This document shows, piece by piece, positions 1-10,374 of a stretch of 64,000 nt of DNA. A program made the position numbers and the translations under genes. Within the stretch, counting starts at the first letter, position 1. Every line of letters begins with the position of its first letter. Origin of the DNA: Candidatus Latescibacterota bacterium (GTDB taxonomy: Bacteria; Latescibacterota; UBA2968; GCA-2709665); the NCBI GenBank assembly GCA_965205485.1, contig OZ242180.1, positions 2,720,001 through 2,784,000 of the forward strand, written 5' to 3'. The notes below the pieces were generated by a model. It searched no databases. It saw only the letters and a program-made list of their open reading frames with translations, and was not told the DNA's origin.

Positions 1-696
1 AAGCAACATGCCGTTGCGAACGACCGTCGCGCCGCCGCCTACCGCGATCGGTCCGTCCACAAAACGATCGAGATCTCTTTCGGACACGAATGCGGAAGGT
101 ATGTCGTTGATGGCCTGCCCGCCGGCCTCAGCGCCAAGACCGGCGTGAAAGACCACGTACGCCTGGAACGCGGAGAAGTCCAGGTTCGCTCCTTCAGCGG
201 AGTCAGCGGCCGCGATGCCGTCGTGAAAGAGCTGGGTGATTCGCTGGGCGATTTCGGCCCGGGTCCGTCCGTTGCCGTATTCCTTGAGGGGACGGTCGAT
301 GACGTAGCTTCCATCCGCTTCCTCCGGGAACACGGTGTAGTCGATTTCAAGTTGACCGTCGGATACTTCCAGATAGTAGTTGCGCAGGGCCCGGAGGTGG
401 GCTTCAAAGTAGAATCTGTCGTGCGGGGGTGCGTCGAAGGGGAAGGTATAGTCGTCGCGGACCGCGTCGAACGTCCTGAGGTCGAAAGCGCCGTCTCCGC
501 TGGTGGTCCCGTCGTCGGGATCTTCCACTGAGAATGAGACCCGGACAGCCAGGATGCGCCAGGTTTCCGTGGCGGCATGAACGGCAGGCGGAGAAAAAAC
601 AAGACCAAAAAAGCAAATGGCGAGAAGCAACGACAATGTCGTCCGCTTCTGCGCGATTTGCAAAACATGCTCTGGTTCAACCCGCCGCAACCACAC
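1..696 (-). CDS. Secreted protein, M6 (immune inhibitor A)-like metalloprotease N-terminal region; partial, runs off window
   Basis: Stop-free minus-strand frame not in the ORF track, translated by hand: signal peptide ...SLLLAICFFGLVFSPPAVHA then WRILAVRVSF...LRNYYLEVSDGQLEIDY...LDFSAFQAYVVFHAGLGAE. Start uncertain (GTG 696 or TTG 663). Confidence 0.6.
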   Translation of the reverse strand, partial: MWLRRVEPEHVLQIAQKRTTLSLLLAICFFGLVFSPPAVHAATETWRILAVRVSFSVEDPDDGTTSGDGAFDLRTFDAVRDDYTFPFDAPPHDRFYFEAHLRALRNYYLEVSDGQLEIDYTVFPEEADGSYVIDRPLKEYGNGRTRAEIAQRITQLFHDGIAAADSAEGANLDFSAFQAYVVFHAGLGAEAGGQAINDIPSAFVSERDLDRFVDGPIAVGGGATVVRNGMLL

Positions 697-766
697 GATG
701 GTTATCGACCCTGTGAGATGTCACGCGAGAAATCGCAGAAGGAAACGCCGCCTCATTGATACAGCA

Positions 767-797
767 GCCCGGATGGGCTTTTTCAACGGGCTGTTAG
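767..797. repeat. IS/MITE-like terminal sequence, also at 2906-2935
   Basis: GCCCGGATGGGCTTTTTCAACGG shared with 2906-2928; this copy overlaps the porV stop codon. Confidence 0.5.
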
Positions 798-1840
798 AAG
801 GAGAATCCGCCAGTGAAGCGAAAGACGTTTCGGAGGGCGGAGTTGCTCCTGGCGAAGTACGAGAGATCGAACGACGCCCAGTTGTATTTGAGGCCCAGGC
901 CGAAGGTCGGGCTCTTCCGGTCGCCGTCCTGATCGTGGAAATACCCCGTTCGGAGGGCGAAGGCGGATTCTTCGGAGAGGTTGTATTTCCACTCGACGCC
1001 GGTATGGTAGTCCATATCCTCGAGTTCCTCCCTGCCGTTGCGATCCTTCCAGCCCGTGACAAATGAAAAGAAGCCCCTGTCGGCAAGGGGTTTATAGATG
1101 TCGGCGGCGAAAAGCAGAGTTGAATTCCCGCGTTGCAGCGCTGTATAGGCAATTCCGATTGTGAAATTCTGTGGCAGCGGATCGGCCTGGTCCGCATCGA
1201 TAAACGTAATGTTCGGTCCGACGTTTCGCAACGCCCAGGCGATTGTGAACCGATCGGAGGTTTTCCACATGAATCCCAGGTCGCCTGCGAACGATGTACC
1301 TGCGCCTTTGCCCTTCTCGATGCCGGCGCCCTGACTGGCCAGTTTTTCATGAATGAACTTCATGGTTGCGCCCACAGAGACGTTGTTTACCACAAAGGTT
1401 CCGTACGAGACCGCCACGGCCAGGCCGAAACTCGTGAACTTGCCAAGGTCCTGCCCTTGCGAGTCGGTACGGTGCTGCGACCCGAGCGAGGTGTAGATCA
1501 GGCTGAAGCCCAGGTTGCCCACGCCTTCGACCGGTTGCGTGTAGGCGCCGAACGACGTGAAGATATCGCTGGCCAATGAGGGAACGGGCTTGTACATCGT
1601 CGTGCTCATGTGCCTGTTTGTGTCGTCCGCCAGGCCCGCCGGATTGTAATAGGTGGCATTGGCGCCGTCGGCAATTGCGATATAGGCTTCACCCATTCCG
1701 GCTGAACGCGCGCTGGGCTGGAACAGAAGGAATGGCGCCGCGGCCTGGCTCTCGGGCGTCGCCCACAACGCGCCCGGAAACGTGAATGCGACGGCCAGCA
1801 TGATGGCGATCAGGCACACGCACATCAGGTTGTTTTTCAT
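794..1840 (-). CDS. porV: PorV/PorQ family outer-membrane beta-barrel (type IX secretion-associated)
   Basis: PFLLFQPSARSAGMGEAY..ADGANATYYNPAGL, VGPNITFIDADQADPLPQN, C-terminal F; start set at MKNNL signal peptide. Confidence 0.8.
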   Translation of the reverse strand: MKNNLMCVCLIAIMLAVAFTFPGALWATPESQAAAPFLLFQPSARSAGMGEAYIAIADGANATYYNPAGLADDTNRHMSTTMYKPVPSLASDIFTSFGAYTQPVEGVGNLGFSLIYTSLGSQHRTDSQGQDLGKFTSFGLAVAVSYGTFVVNNVSVGATMKFIHEKLASQGAGIEKGKGAGTSFAGDLGFMWKTSDRFTIAWALRNVGPNITFIDADQADPLPQNFTIGIAYTALQRGNSTLLFAADIYKPLADRGFFSFVTGWKDRNGREELEDMDYHTGVEWKYNLSEESAFALRTGYFHDQDGDRKSPTFGLGLKYNWASFDLSYFARSNSALRNVFRFTGGFSF

Positions 1841-2126
1841 GGGGTTCGGCTCCTTGAGGTGTGACGGTTTTCTTTCTTCGCGACTGAGCCAGGAGGGAAT
1901 AACCGAGGCGACGGGAAACAAAAAACCGGGTGCGGAGAGGGGCAGGACGGTCTGCGCCACTCTTTTGCCCGACGACCCGGGTAATTTCTGAAACGGCATG
2001 CGCATTCACTCCATTCGCCACAGGTTTTGACAACAAGCCCACAACGCGACGTACGCCCCGGGAGGCGAAGGCGGTAGTGACCACCATGTCGACGGTTTCA
2101 TTTGTGGAACGGAATTGTGGAACCAG

Positions 2127-2196
2127 GAAGCTGTTTTAAAATTACCGGCGCTTTTGCAGCCGTGCGAAGACCGCTGGGAATTTTAAGGCAGCTTCT
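2127..2196. mobile_element. MITE family B, internally deleted copy
   Basis: GAAGCTGTTTTAAAATT...AATTTTAAGGCAGCTTCT; both halves match 33619-33782. Confidence 0.75.
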
Positions 2197-2348
2197 CAGG
2201 GCAAAACACGTCAGCGAATGTTAGGAATAGGCGCTCCAGCCGGAAAAAACTTGTTCGACAACCGCTTGTTGACTATTTTCTCTGAAACCGAGTGCCGCAC
2301 AGAACGAACTCAGCGAATCCGGCGCTTGTATTTGAAAGGGGCTCAGGG

Positions 2349-2606
2349 GTGATCGACAGGGAACTTCTCGACATTCTGGCCTGTCCCGAAGACAAATCGC
2401 CAGTGCGTCCGGCAGGTCGGGAACTGATCGACAAAGTCAACGATCGTATCGAAAACGGCGAGTTGTGCAACCGGGGGGGAACCCCCGTTGAGAAACCCGT
2501 TGACGGAGGCCTTGTTCGCGAGGACGGCGCTTACATGTACCCGATTGATGACAACATTCCCATAATGCTGATCGAGGAGGCGATACCGCTTGCGACGATC
2601 CGGTGA
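2349..2606 (+). CDS. Trm112 family protein
   Basis: MIDRELLDILACPEDK...YPIDDNIPIMLIEEAI; GTG start. Confidence 0.85.
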   Translation: MIDRELLDILACPEDKSPVRPAGRELIDKVNDRIENGELCNRGGTPVEKPVDGGLVREDGAYMYPIDDNIPIMLIEEAIPLATIR

Positions 2607-2984
2607 AGTCCCGAATACTGCCCCTGTCTCCAACTTGCCCCGCAAGCCTTTGTGCAACTTTGGATTCCGGTTGTACGGCCCGTTACCAACGGCGTGCGTA
2701 AAAAGGGCAGATCCGGTACTTGTCAAGCGCGAAAATTACGTTAATCGCCGTTGAAAAGTCAAGTCTTTTCGTCGATTTCAAGATATAAACGCATCTGGCG
2801 CACAGTGGTTCCCGACTTTTCCGTTCGGCCGTCACATTTTCCGGACCGGTGTCCCGGTTTGGCAGTCCGTTGACAGAGTCGCTCTGCGGGCGAGGCCGGC
2901 CGCGGCCCGGATGGGCTTTTTCAACGGTCCGTCAGGGAAGAAAGGCGGCCATTCCCATTGGACAAGAATTCTCGACTCTCATTG

Positions 2985-3139
2985 AGTGTCCTGTCCTGAA
3001 AGTCCCTCACCATTCGACCGACGATTCATCCCGTCTCGCTGAAACGTGGTCATTGAGCTTGTCGGAGGGCATGTCGACGGATGCGAGCCGGGCGGCTCGG
3101 CGGTCGAAATCAGGCCACCTGTTTCCGGGACGGAACACT
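2985..3139 (+). mobile_element. MITE family A, copy 1
   Basis: TIRs AGTGTCCTGTCCTGAAA / TTTCCGGGACGGAACACT; arms match the reverse complement of 29888-30052. Confidence 0.75.
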
Positions 3140-3182
3140 CGCTCTCGCTCGATGCGTCCGGCCATCGTCCAGGGGGTCCCTC

Positions 3183-4772
3183 GTGCCTCATGTGTCTCGC
3201 GCCTCGCGGGTCCATTTGCTTCCGGCCTGGGTGTTCCTGATGGCGATTGCCGGTTTTGCCGGTTGTGAACGGGTACCGGAAGCATCGGTGTTTTCCGAGC
3301 TGTCCGAGCCGCCACCCGGAAGGGTGAACTGGAGGGAATGGTCCAATCGGGATTCCGCGCGCGTTCTCAATCGTCCGCTGTTCGTCTTTCTTTTTTCCAG
3401 GAGGTCCTACTGGTGCCGGGACATGGTAAGTCGCAGTTTCGAAGCCCCGGTGTTGGTGCGGGCAATTGAAAGGGGCACCTGGCCGGTACGGGTTGACGTG
3501 GACCGGCGCCCCGATCTGGCGGAACGATTCGGACTGGGCGGCTGGCCATCAACCGCGATCCTGACGCCCGATGGCGACTGGATGACCGGATCCACGTACC
3601 TGGATCCGGGGGATCTGCGGGAGTTGCTGCGCAGGGTGTGGGTCTATTTCAATAACCCGAAACGATGGACTGATTTCGAACGCGAGCGCCGGAATCTGGC
3701 TCTGTGGACGGCAAGAGAAGCCCGGCCCCTACCCCGCGCTGCGGCGTCGTCCGGACTGCTGAAGGCATTTACGGACAGCACGGCGGCTGCGCTGAAACGA
3801 GGAGAATTACCGGGTCCGGAGTCGTTTATCGTACTCCTCGACGGCGACGACCCCGCGGCGCGGACCCTGGCGCTGGACCGGCTGAAGAAGGTCGGATCAA
3901 GTCCACTGCGCGATTCCGACGGTACTTTCTTCCAACGGCAGCTCACGCCGGATGGAGTGGTGCTCGACACTGAGAAGACGCTGGCGTCGAATGCGGGCTG
4001 GCTTGCGGTCCTGGCTCGGACGGACACGGCGGCAGCCATTGATCTGGGCGACGCGCTGGTTCGCGGGCTCTTCGCACCACGGAACGGCCTGTTTGCCGCG
4101 GGATTCGCGGGGTTTACCGAAGAATCCAGCGGCGCAGTTCTGCTGGAGGCGGGTCGCGCGGCCCCGAGAGATTCTGCAGTCTACACCTCGTGGAACGCCC
4201 TGGCTGTTACCGGGCTTGCGGCGCTTTATCAGGCGTCTTCAAGAACGGCCTACCTGGATCTGGCGCGCGACGTCCTGGCGTCCATCCGCGCGAGGCTCAC
4301 GCATCCTGAAGGTGGAATGCGACATGCGCTCGACCAACCGGTTCCGCCGGTTTTTCTGCTTGCAGACCAGGCCCTGGTCGCGAGGGCCGCGCTGGACCTG
4401 TACAGCGCGGGTGGCGACAGCGCCGCATCCCGGTTCGCATTGGAACTCACGGATGTGATCCTCGAGCGGTTTCTCGATAAAGAGGGCGCACTGCGAGACC
4501 GCTGGCCGGAGCCTGACACCCCCGTCATCCACGCCGTCGACCGTCTGGTCCCGTCAGGTAACGGGGTGGCTGTCCAGGTACTTGCGAGGCTATACGTCCT
4601 GACCGGGAATCGGCGTTATATGGAAACGGCCGGTGAGATACTCGCCGCGCTGGCGAATTCGCATCTGGCGCGCGCAGCCAGCGCGGGCGCGCTGTGCAGG
4701 GGTATGGCAATGTATCTGCGCCTGGAGACCGGGCCGGCAGCGTCCGTTCCGCCGGACCGCGGGGCCTTTTAG
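3183..4772 (+). CDS. DUF255/YyaL-like thioredoxin plus alpha/alpha-barrel protein, probable lipoprotein
   Basis: VNWREWS, VRVDVDRRPDLAERFGLGGWPSTAILTPDG, WNALAV, PSGNGVA; lipobox FAGC; start uncertain. Confidence 0.75.
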   Translation: MPHVSRASRVHLLPAWVFLMAIAGFAGCERVPEASVFSELSEPPPGRVNWREWSNRDSARVLNRPLFVFLFSRRSYWCRDMVSRSFEAPVLVRAIERGTWPVRVDVDRRPDLAERFGLGGWPSTAILTPDGDWMTGSTYLDPGDLRELLRRVWVYFNNPKRWTDFERERRNLALWTAREARPLPRAAASSGLLKAFTDSTAAALKRGELPGPESFIVLLDGDDPAARTLALDRLKKVGSSPLRDSDGTFFQRQLTPDGVVLDTEKTLASNAGWLAVLARTDTAAAIDLGDALVRGLFAPRNGLFAAGFAGFTEESSGAVLLEAGRAAPRDSAVYTSWNALAVTGLAALYQASSRTAYLDLARDVLASIRARLTHPEGGMRHALDQPVPPVFLLADQALVARAALDLYSAGGDSAASRFALELTDVILERFLDKEGALRDRWPEPDTPVIHAVDRLVPSGNGVAVQVLARLYVLTGNRRYMETAGEILAALANSHLARAASAGALCRGMAMYLRLETGPAASVPPDRGAF

Positions 4773-4808
4773 CTGGTCCAGGTGGCACAAATGCGTGATG
4801 GGCCTATA

Positions 4809-5702
4809 ATGAAGGTATTGATCGTAGGGGCTTCCGGATTTCTGGGGAGGGCGTTGTGCGACGTGCCGTTTCAGGGCCTGGATCGGGTTCCCGCGGCGCG
4901 CAACCCCCGGCCGCCGTATCTGGGATCGGACGGTTTCCGGGTGGACGTCACGGACGCGGAGTCAGTCGTCCGTGTGGTATCGCAGGTTCGGCCGGACTGG
5001 GTTGTCAATGCGGCCGCGGAAGCGGGCGTGGACCGATGTGAGCGAAATCCGGACCTGGCGCGCCGCGTCAATGTGTGCGGAACCCGGAACCTGATTCGGG
5101 CGTGTGAAAACGCGGACGCCGGACTCGTTACCGTTTCCACGAACTATGTCTTCGACGGTCGGGCAGGGCCCTACGCCGAGACGGATTCCACCAATCCCGT
5201 AAACGTCTACGGACGGACCAAGTTGGATGCTGAGGAAATCGTACTGGCCTCGCCTTGTCATGGACTTGTGGTCCGGACGGCCGTGCTCTACGGTTATCGC
5301 GCGGGTTGCCGGCCCAATTTCGTCACGTGGGCGCTGGAATCCCTCGTTCGCGGCGAGACCATCCGCGTGGTTACCGACGAATGGGCGAATCCCACCTGCG
5401 TGGATGAACTCGCCGTGTTTCTCCTTGGATTGTGCCTCCGGGATTTCCGTGGCGTGATCCACTTTGCGGGGCCGGAATTCATGAGCCGGTATGAAATGGT
5501 CCGACGGATCTGCCTATGTTTCAATCTCGACGCCGATCTGGTGGTGCCGGTGACGTCCGAGGAGTTGGGACAGATCGCGCGCAGACCTCCCGGTGCTGGC
5601 CTGAAGCTCGACCTCGCGCGCGAAATGTTCAATCCGGTATTGGGATCTTACTCCGAGAACCTGAAGCGAACAGGCACGGAAATGCGTGTCGCAGCCGGGT
5701 AA
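4809..5702 (+). CDS. dTDP-4-dehydrorhamnose reductase (RmlD)-like SDR
   Basis: GASGFLG, NAAA, STNYVFDG, YGRTK. Confidence 0.85.
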   Translation: MKVLIVGASGFLGRALCDVPFQGLDRVPAARNPRPPYLGSDGFRVDVTDAESVVRVVSQVRPDWVVNAAAEAGVDRCERNPDLARRVNVCGTRNLIRACENADAGLVTVSTNYVFDGRAGPYAETDSTNPVNVYGRTKLDAEEIVLASPCHGLVVRTAVLYGYRAGCRPNFVTWALESLVRGETIRVVTDEWANPTCVDELAVFLLGLCLRDFRGVIHFAGPEFMSRYEMVRRICLCFNLDADLVVPVTSEELGQIARRPPGAGLKLDLAREMFNPVLGSYSENLKRTGTEMRVAAG

Positions 5703-5800
5703 TTGACACATCTCGGACCGGTTACGGTTGATTTCCGTCTTTACCATGAGTGCCGTCGTCGCGTTCTACGCGCGCGCGCCCTTCTCAAGAGGTTATAGGC

Positions 5801-6514
5801 ATGGGCGAAACCCCTTTGCGGGTCTCTCTGATTACCCCCACCTACAACGAGCGACCGAACATATCACTTCTGGCGGACGAGATTTTCGCGGTGGTCGGAC
5901 AGTACACGGAGATCGACGTTGAATTAATCGTAGTGGACGATAACTCTCCCGACGGTACCGGCGAAGAAGCGGAGCGGCTTAAGGACCGGTATCCCGTTCA
6001 GGTCGTGCATCGGCCCGGCAAACTCGGGCTTGGCAGCGCTGTGATGGAGGGATTCCGGAAGTCGGACCGCGACTGCCTGGGTGTGATTGACGCGGACCTG
6101 AGCCACGATCCTTCGGTCTTGCCCCGATTGATTCTCGGGCTTCGGGAACACGATGTCGCGCTTGGAAGCCGCTATAATCCCGACAGCCGCGTGGAGAGGT
6201 GGCCCTGGTATCGAAAGTTGATCTCCCAGGCTGGCGTGCTGGCCGCGAGGCAGCTCACCGGCGTTCAGGATCCGCTCAGCGGATATTTTTTCCTGCATCG
6301 CCGTGTGCTTGATGGTGTGACACTGACCTCCCCCGGATATAAGATCCTGCTGGAGATTCTGGTCAAGGGAACCTGGTCGACGTTTGTCGAGGTGCCCTAC
6401 GTGTTCCGTAACCGGCAGTACAGCACCAGCAAACTGAATCTCAAGGAGTATTATCTCTTTTCCAAGCAGCTGCTCGTATTCTCTCTGACCCGGTCGAAAG
6501 GATCCGGCGACTGA
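5801..6514 (+). CDS. Polyprenol monophosphomannose synthase-like GT2
   Basis: PTYNE, VVDDNSPDGT, KLGLGSA, DADLSHDP. Confidence 0.88.
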   Translation: MGETPLRVSLITPTYNERPNISLLADEIFAVVGQYTEIDVELIVVDDNSPDGTGEEAERLKDRYPVQVVHRPGKLGLGSAVMEGFRKSDRDCLGVIDADLSHDPSVLPRLILGLREHDVALGSRYNPDSRVERWPWYRKLISQAGVLAARQLTGVQDPLSGYFFLHRRVLDGVTLTSPGYKILLEILVKGTWSTFVEVPYVFRNRQYSTSKLNLKEYYLFSKQLLVFSLTRSKGSGD

Positions 6515-6541
6515 TGGTGCCCCGGCGGATGCGGTTTCTCC

Positions 6542-6570
6542 TTGACATCTCAGGCCGACGTCGTTATGTT
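6542..6570 (+). promoter_or_regulatory. Sigma70-type promoter for the S41 peptidase gene
   Basis: TTGACA-17 nt-TATGTT. Confidence 0.5.
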
Positions 6571-6624
6571 GAGACGTTTTTTTGGTGGTCATAATCGACG
6601 TCGCCAGGTTCGCGAAAGGTCTGT

Positions 6625-8274
6625 ATGCCCGTCATTTATCGGATTGTTTCCTTACTGATCCTGGTCTGGACGGCGGGTCCTCCAATTGCAGTGGGGGCGG
6701 ACCCCCCGGCTCGCGTGAACACGGCGATGCAGGCGTACACTCTGGATCAGCTGGCCGACCTGGTGCGCCGCGAGTACTATGAATCGACCAATCCGGTTGA
6801 GTTGTATCATGGTGCGATTGAAGGCTATCTTTCCCGGCTGGACCCCCATTCAACCTACATCTCGCCGGACGAACTCCAGGACACCCAGGATAAGATGCAG
6901 GGCTCGTTTGAGGGTATCGGGATCTATTTCGAAATCATCGCGGGCCAGTTGACGGTACTTTCTCCAATTGTCGGATCTCCTGCGTACAAGGCCGGCCTTC
7001 AGGCCGGCGACCGCATCGTAAAGATCGACGGGGTGTCGGTTGTCGGGGTTTGGAAGACGGATGAGGTGAAGCGGCGGCTCAAGGGTCCCAAGGGCAGCAG
7101 GGTGATCGTTCTGGTTCAGCGGTCGGGATTGGCCGATCCCCTCACGATCGAGATAGTTCGGGACAAGATAGAAGTACCGAGCGTGCCGTACGCGTTTAAG
7201 CTGAATTCGGACGTGGGTTACGTGAAGATCGACCGGTTCTCGAGCCGCACGTCCCGCGAGTTGAGGGTTGCTCTCGAAGGATTGGTCGATGCGGGCGCAA
7301 GAAAACTGGTCCTGGATCTGCGCGGCAACAGTGGGGGTTATCTCGAGCAGGCGGTTGCAGTGGCGGATCAGTTTCTCGAAAGGGACCGCCTCCTGGTGTA
7401 CACCGAGGGCCGAAAGAGCGGCTCAAGAGAAGATCATTTCGCGGATCGCGATCCGGTCGTGCCGCTGGATCTGCCCTTGACGGTGCTTGTTGACAAATAC
7501 AGCGCCAGCGCGTCGGAAATCGTGGCCGGTGCGGTTCAGGACTACGATCGCGGGCTTATCGTTGGCCGGACCACATTCGGCAAGGGACTGGTTCAAAAGC
7601 AATATCCGCTGAAGAACGGCGGCGCGGTCCTGCTCACGGTGGCTCGCTATTTCACACCCAGCGAGCGGCCGATCCAGCGTCCTTATTCAAATGACAGGCG
7701 CGCTTATCTTCAGAAGGCGCACGACGGATACGATCCCAATGCCGATCCGGACAGTGTTCTCTCCCAACCGGTCTATTTCACGCAGATTCTGAACCGTAAG
7801 GTCTACGGCAGCGGCGGGATCACACCGGACGTTGAGCTGGAATCGCCTCGCCCGGGCGATTTCGAACGGCGGCTCTCCCCGAGGCACTTCTTTGAATTCG
7901 CCAATCAACACGGTTCGGAGTTTACCGCCTCGTACCCGGACTTCGATGCCTATCTTCGACTGTATACCCCTGATTCGCACGCGATAGCGGAATTCAAGAA
8001 ATTCCTCGAGGCGCGGGAAACCGACCTGACGTTTACGGATGCGGAATTCGAATCGGGAGTCGATTTAATCAAGCGGCAGATGAAACGGTATTTTGCGAAA
8101 TTCCGTTGGGGAGACCGGGAGGCGGGCAGGGTCGCAGTGAGCCAGGATCCGGAAGTCGTTCAGACGCTGGCATTGTTCGACCGGGCGAAAAAGCTGTTGG
8201 CGGATCGGGCGTATTATTCAACACGCCGGGGGCGCACCCACGTCCCGGCGATGCGTGGCGCGGAAGTCAGATAA
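6625..8274 (+). CDS. S41 family carboxyl-terminal protease (PDZ)
   Basis: LDPHS, FEGIGI, DLRGNSGG, SASASEIVAGAVQD, TFGKGLVQ. Confidence 0.92.
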   Translation: MPVIYRIVSLLILVWTAGPPIAVGADPPARVNTAMQAYTLDQLADLVRREYYESTNPVELYHGAIEGYLSRLDPHSTYISPDELQDTQDKMQGSFEGIGIYFEIIAGQLTVLSPIVGSPAYKAGLQAGDRIVKIDGVSVVGVWKTDEVKRRLKGPKGSRVIVLVQRSGLADPLTIEIVRDKIEVPSVPYAFKLNSDVGYVKIDRFSSRTSRELRVALEGLVDAGARKLVLDLRGNSGGYLEQAVAVADQFLERDRLLVYTEGRKSGSREDHFADRDPVVPLDLPLTVLVDKYSASASEIVAGAVQDYDRGLIVGRTTFGKGLVQKQYPLKNGGAVLLTVARYFTPSERPIQRPYSNDRRAYLQKAHDGYDPNADPDSVLSQPVYFTQILNRKVYGSGGITPDVELESPRPGDFERRLSPRHFFEFANQHGSEFTASYPDFDAYLRLYTPDSHAIAEFKKFLEARETDLTFTDAEFESGVDLIKRQMKRYFAKFRWGDREAGRVAVSQDPEVVQTLALFDRAKKLLADRAYYSTRRGRTHVPAMRGAEVR

Positions 8275-8335
8275 GAAGCTGTTTTAAAAATCCTGGTGAG
8301 TCCCGAGCGCGCGTGAAAATGTGTCGGTTAAGAGG
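8274..8335. mobile_element. MITE family B, left-end fragment
   Basis: AGAAGCTGTTTTAAAAATCCTGGTGAGTCCCGAGCGCG resembles 33619 onward; begins at the S41 stop codon. Confidence 0.6.
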
Positions 8336-8461
8336 CACGAGGGGCGCGCAGTGCCGAGGCGCGAGGGGCGCGTCAGCACAGGTACAGGTGAAACAGCCGG
8401 AAGATTCAGGCAACGAGAGGATCCTTTCGAACGTCGCGTCGTTCTGTTGTTGGAGGAGTTC

Positions 8462-9151
8462 ATGGCGGAGAGCTATTCGTCACCTGCCCGTCGGGAAATC
8501 GGCACACAGGTGAAACTGCCGGTCAGAAAGGCCGTCGAAATCAGTTTCAACAGCGTTAAGATCCGGTTCGGGCGGTCGTTGATTACGGTAAGCAGCATTA
8601 TTCTGGCCATCGCGTTTCTGATGTCCATCTGGACCACCAGTTCCATCGTCAACAGTCTTCGAGACGCCAACGATCCGAAGATGAACCTGATTCTCCAGCA
8701 GAAGGGAATCGACATCAGTCAGGAGAGTGAAGCCAATCGGCAGGAGGAGGCCAAGAACACCTGGCTGGTTGTGCTTTCGCTGCTGGTTTGCCTGGTGGGG
8801 ATTACAAACGCGATGCTGATGTCCGTCACCGAGCGCTTCCGCGAGATCGGCACCATGAAGTGCATGGGTGCGCTGGATGGGTTTATCGTCAAGCTGTTCA
8901 TACTTGAGTCCGCCTTTATGGGAATGGCCGGCACCGTGCTGGGCGCGGCGGTTGGATTTCTGCTGTCCATTCTAACGTCCTGGATCGGCTATGGCACCGG
9001 CGTCATGGGGCACGTGCCATGGCCCACCATTCTGGAGCGCGGGCTGATGGCGATCGTGCTGGGTTCCTCCCTCTCCCTGATGGGCGGAATTCTTCCCGCC
9101 TATCGCGCCGCCAAGATGGAGCCTGTCGACGCAATGCGCCTGGAAGTCTAA
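8462..9151 (+). CDS. FtsX-like ABC transporter permease
   Basis: NAMLMSVTERFREIGTMKCMGA, PAYRAAKMEPVDAMR. Confidence 0.88.
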   Translation: MAESYSSPARREIGTQVKLPVRKAVEISFNSVKIRFGRSLITVSSIILAIAFLMSIWTTSSIVNSLRDANDPKMNLILQQKGIDISQESEANRQEEAKNTWLVVLSLLVCLVGITNAMLMSVTERFREIGTMKCMGALDGFIVKLFILESAFMGMAGTVLGAAVGFLLSILTSWIGYGTGVMGHVPWPTILERGLMAIVLGSSLSLMGGILPAYRAAKMEPVDAMRLEV

Positions 9152-9205
9152 CGCGCCTGATTCGGGCCGAACACCCGGTTTCCGTAATTCAAAAAGAGGT
9201 CGACC

Positions 9206-9934
9206 ATGGCCGTCGTACGAACGCAGGATGTGAAGAAAGTCTACGAGATGGGCGACGTGCAGGTGTCGGCGCTCAAAGGGGTGGATATCGAAATCGAGCA
9301 GGGCGAGTACATCTCCATTATGGGTCCGTCGGGATCCGGAAAAACAACCCTGTTCAATATGGTGGGCGGCCTGGACAAACCCAGCGACGGCAAGGTGTAT
9401 ATCGACGACGTCGACGTTGCGCAGCTCGACGCCTATGAACTGGCATGGTTGCGATGCCGGAAAATCGGTTATATTTTCCAGACGTTCAATCTGATTCCTG
9501 TGATGACGGCGCTGGAAAACGTGACGTTGCCCATGGTATTCGCGGGGCTGACCAGCGACGAGGCCAGGGACAAGGGAGTGGAGCTGTTGAACAAGGTGGG
9601 GTTGGGGGACCGGGTATCGCACAAGCCCTTCGAGCTGTCGGGCGGACAACAACAGCGTGTGGCGGTCGCGCGCGCGTTCGCCAACGATCCGGCCCTGATT
9701 CTGGCCGATGAACCCACTGGAAACCTGGATCTGCGCACCGGTACCGAGATCATCGAATTGCTGCGTCAGATGAACAAGGATTCGGGCGTCACCGTCGTTT
9801 CGGCCACGCACGACCACAAGATGCTGAGCGTTTCCGACAGGGTGGTGTGGGTGCGTGACGGGCGCGTCGACCGCGTCGTGAACCGGGATGAGCTGAAGAT
9901 CGAAGTGGGCACCATCGACGGAAGGACGGCTTAG
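9206..9934 (+). CDS. ABC transporter ATP-binding protein (LolD/MacB-like)
   Basis: [26 protein letters not shown]. Confidence 0.92.
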   Translation: MAVVRTQDVKKVYEMGDVQVSALKGVDIEIEQGEYISIMGPSGSGKTTLFNMVGGLDKPSDGKVYIDDVDVAQLDAYELAWLRCRKIGYIFQTFNLIPVMTALENVTLPMVFAGLTSDEARDKGVELLNKVGLGDRVSHKPFELSGGQQQRVAVARAFANDPALILADEPTGNLDLRTGTEIIELLRQMNKDSGVTVVSATHDHKMLSVSDRVVWVRDGRVDRVVNRDELKIEVGTIDGRTA

Positions 9935-9981
9935 TCGCGGACGGGAAAGTACACGTTCGGGCGATTCGGATCCCGCGTGCA

Positions 9982-10005
9982 GTAGGGGCGACCGGCCGGT
10001 CGCCC
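9982..10005 (+). repeat. GTAG-type REP palindrome (representative copy)
   Basis: GTAGGGGCGACCGGCCGGTCGCCC; relatives at 11680, 11801, 12331, 12381, 13458, 35150, 35321, 38160, 58259. Confidence 0.85.
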
Positions 10006-10374
10006 GTATTTGAAAGGATGGTTTCAAGAGGCCCGGGAATTTGGCTCCGGGCCTTTTTTGATGAGGAAGGAAGAAGGCAGAAGGAAAAAGGAAGAGGATC
10101 CCGCGTTCCCGCACGGCTTCTGCAGGTTTCCGGTTATTTGCATTCGATTTTCTTCTCCGCAAGGTCGACGGTGCTTCGAATTGCGGCTCGTGCAAGGTGA
10201 GCTTGTAATTGAGAGTGTCTCGAGACGTGGTCATTGAGCTTGTCGAAATGCCCGTGTTACGCTACACTATCGCGATGTCTCTCGACACCCTTCGCCGACT
10301 CCACCACGGTTTCTCTTTTCTTCCTTCTTCCTTCTTCCTTTTTCCTTTCTCACCATTTGTGGAGGATCGTCGCT

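Noticed and set aside
39..680. ORF-track calls 39..680 (-) and 145..531 (+)
   Set aside because: A third, stop-free minus frame gives a signal peptide and recognisable motifs; these two are shadow ORFs.
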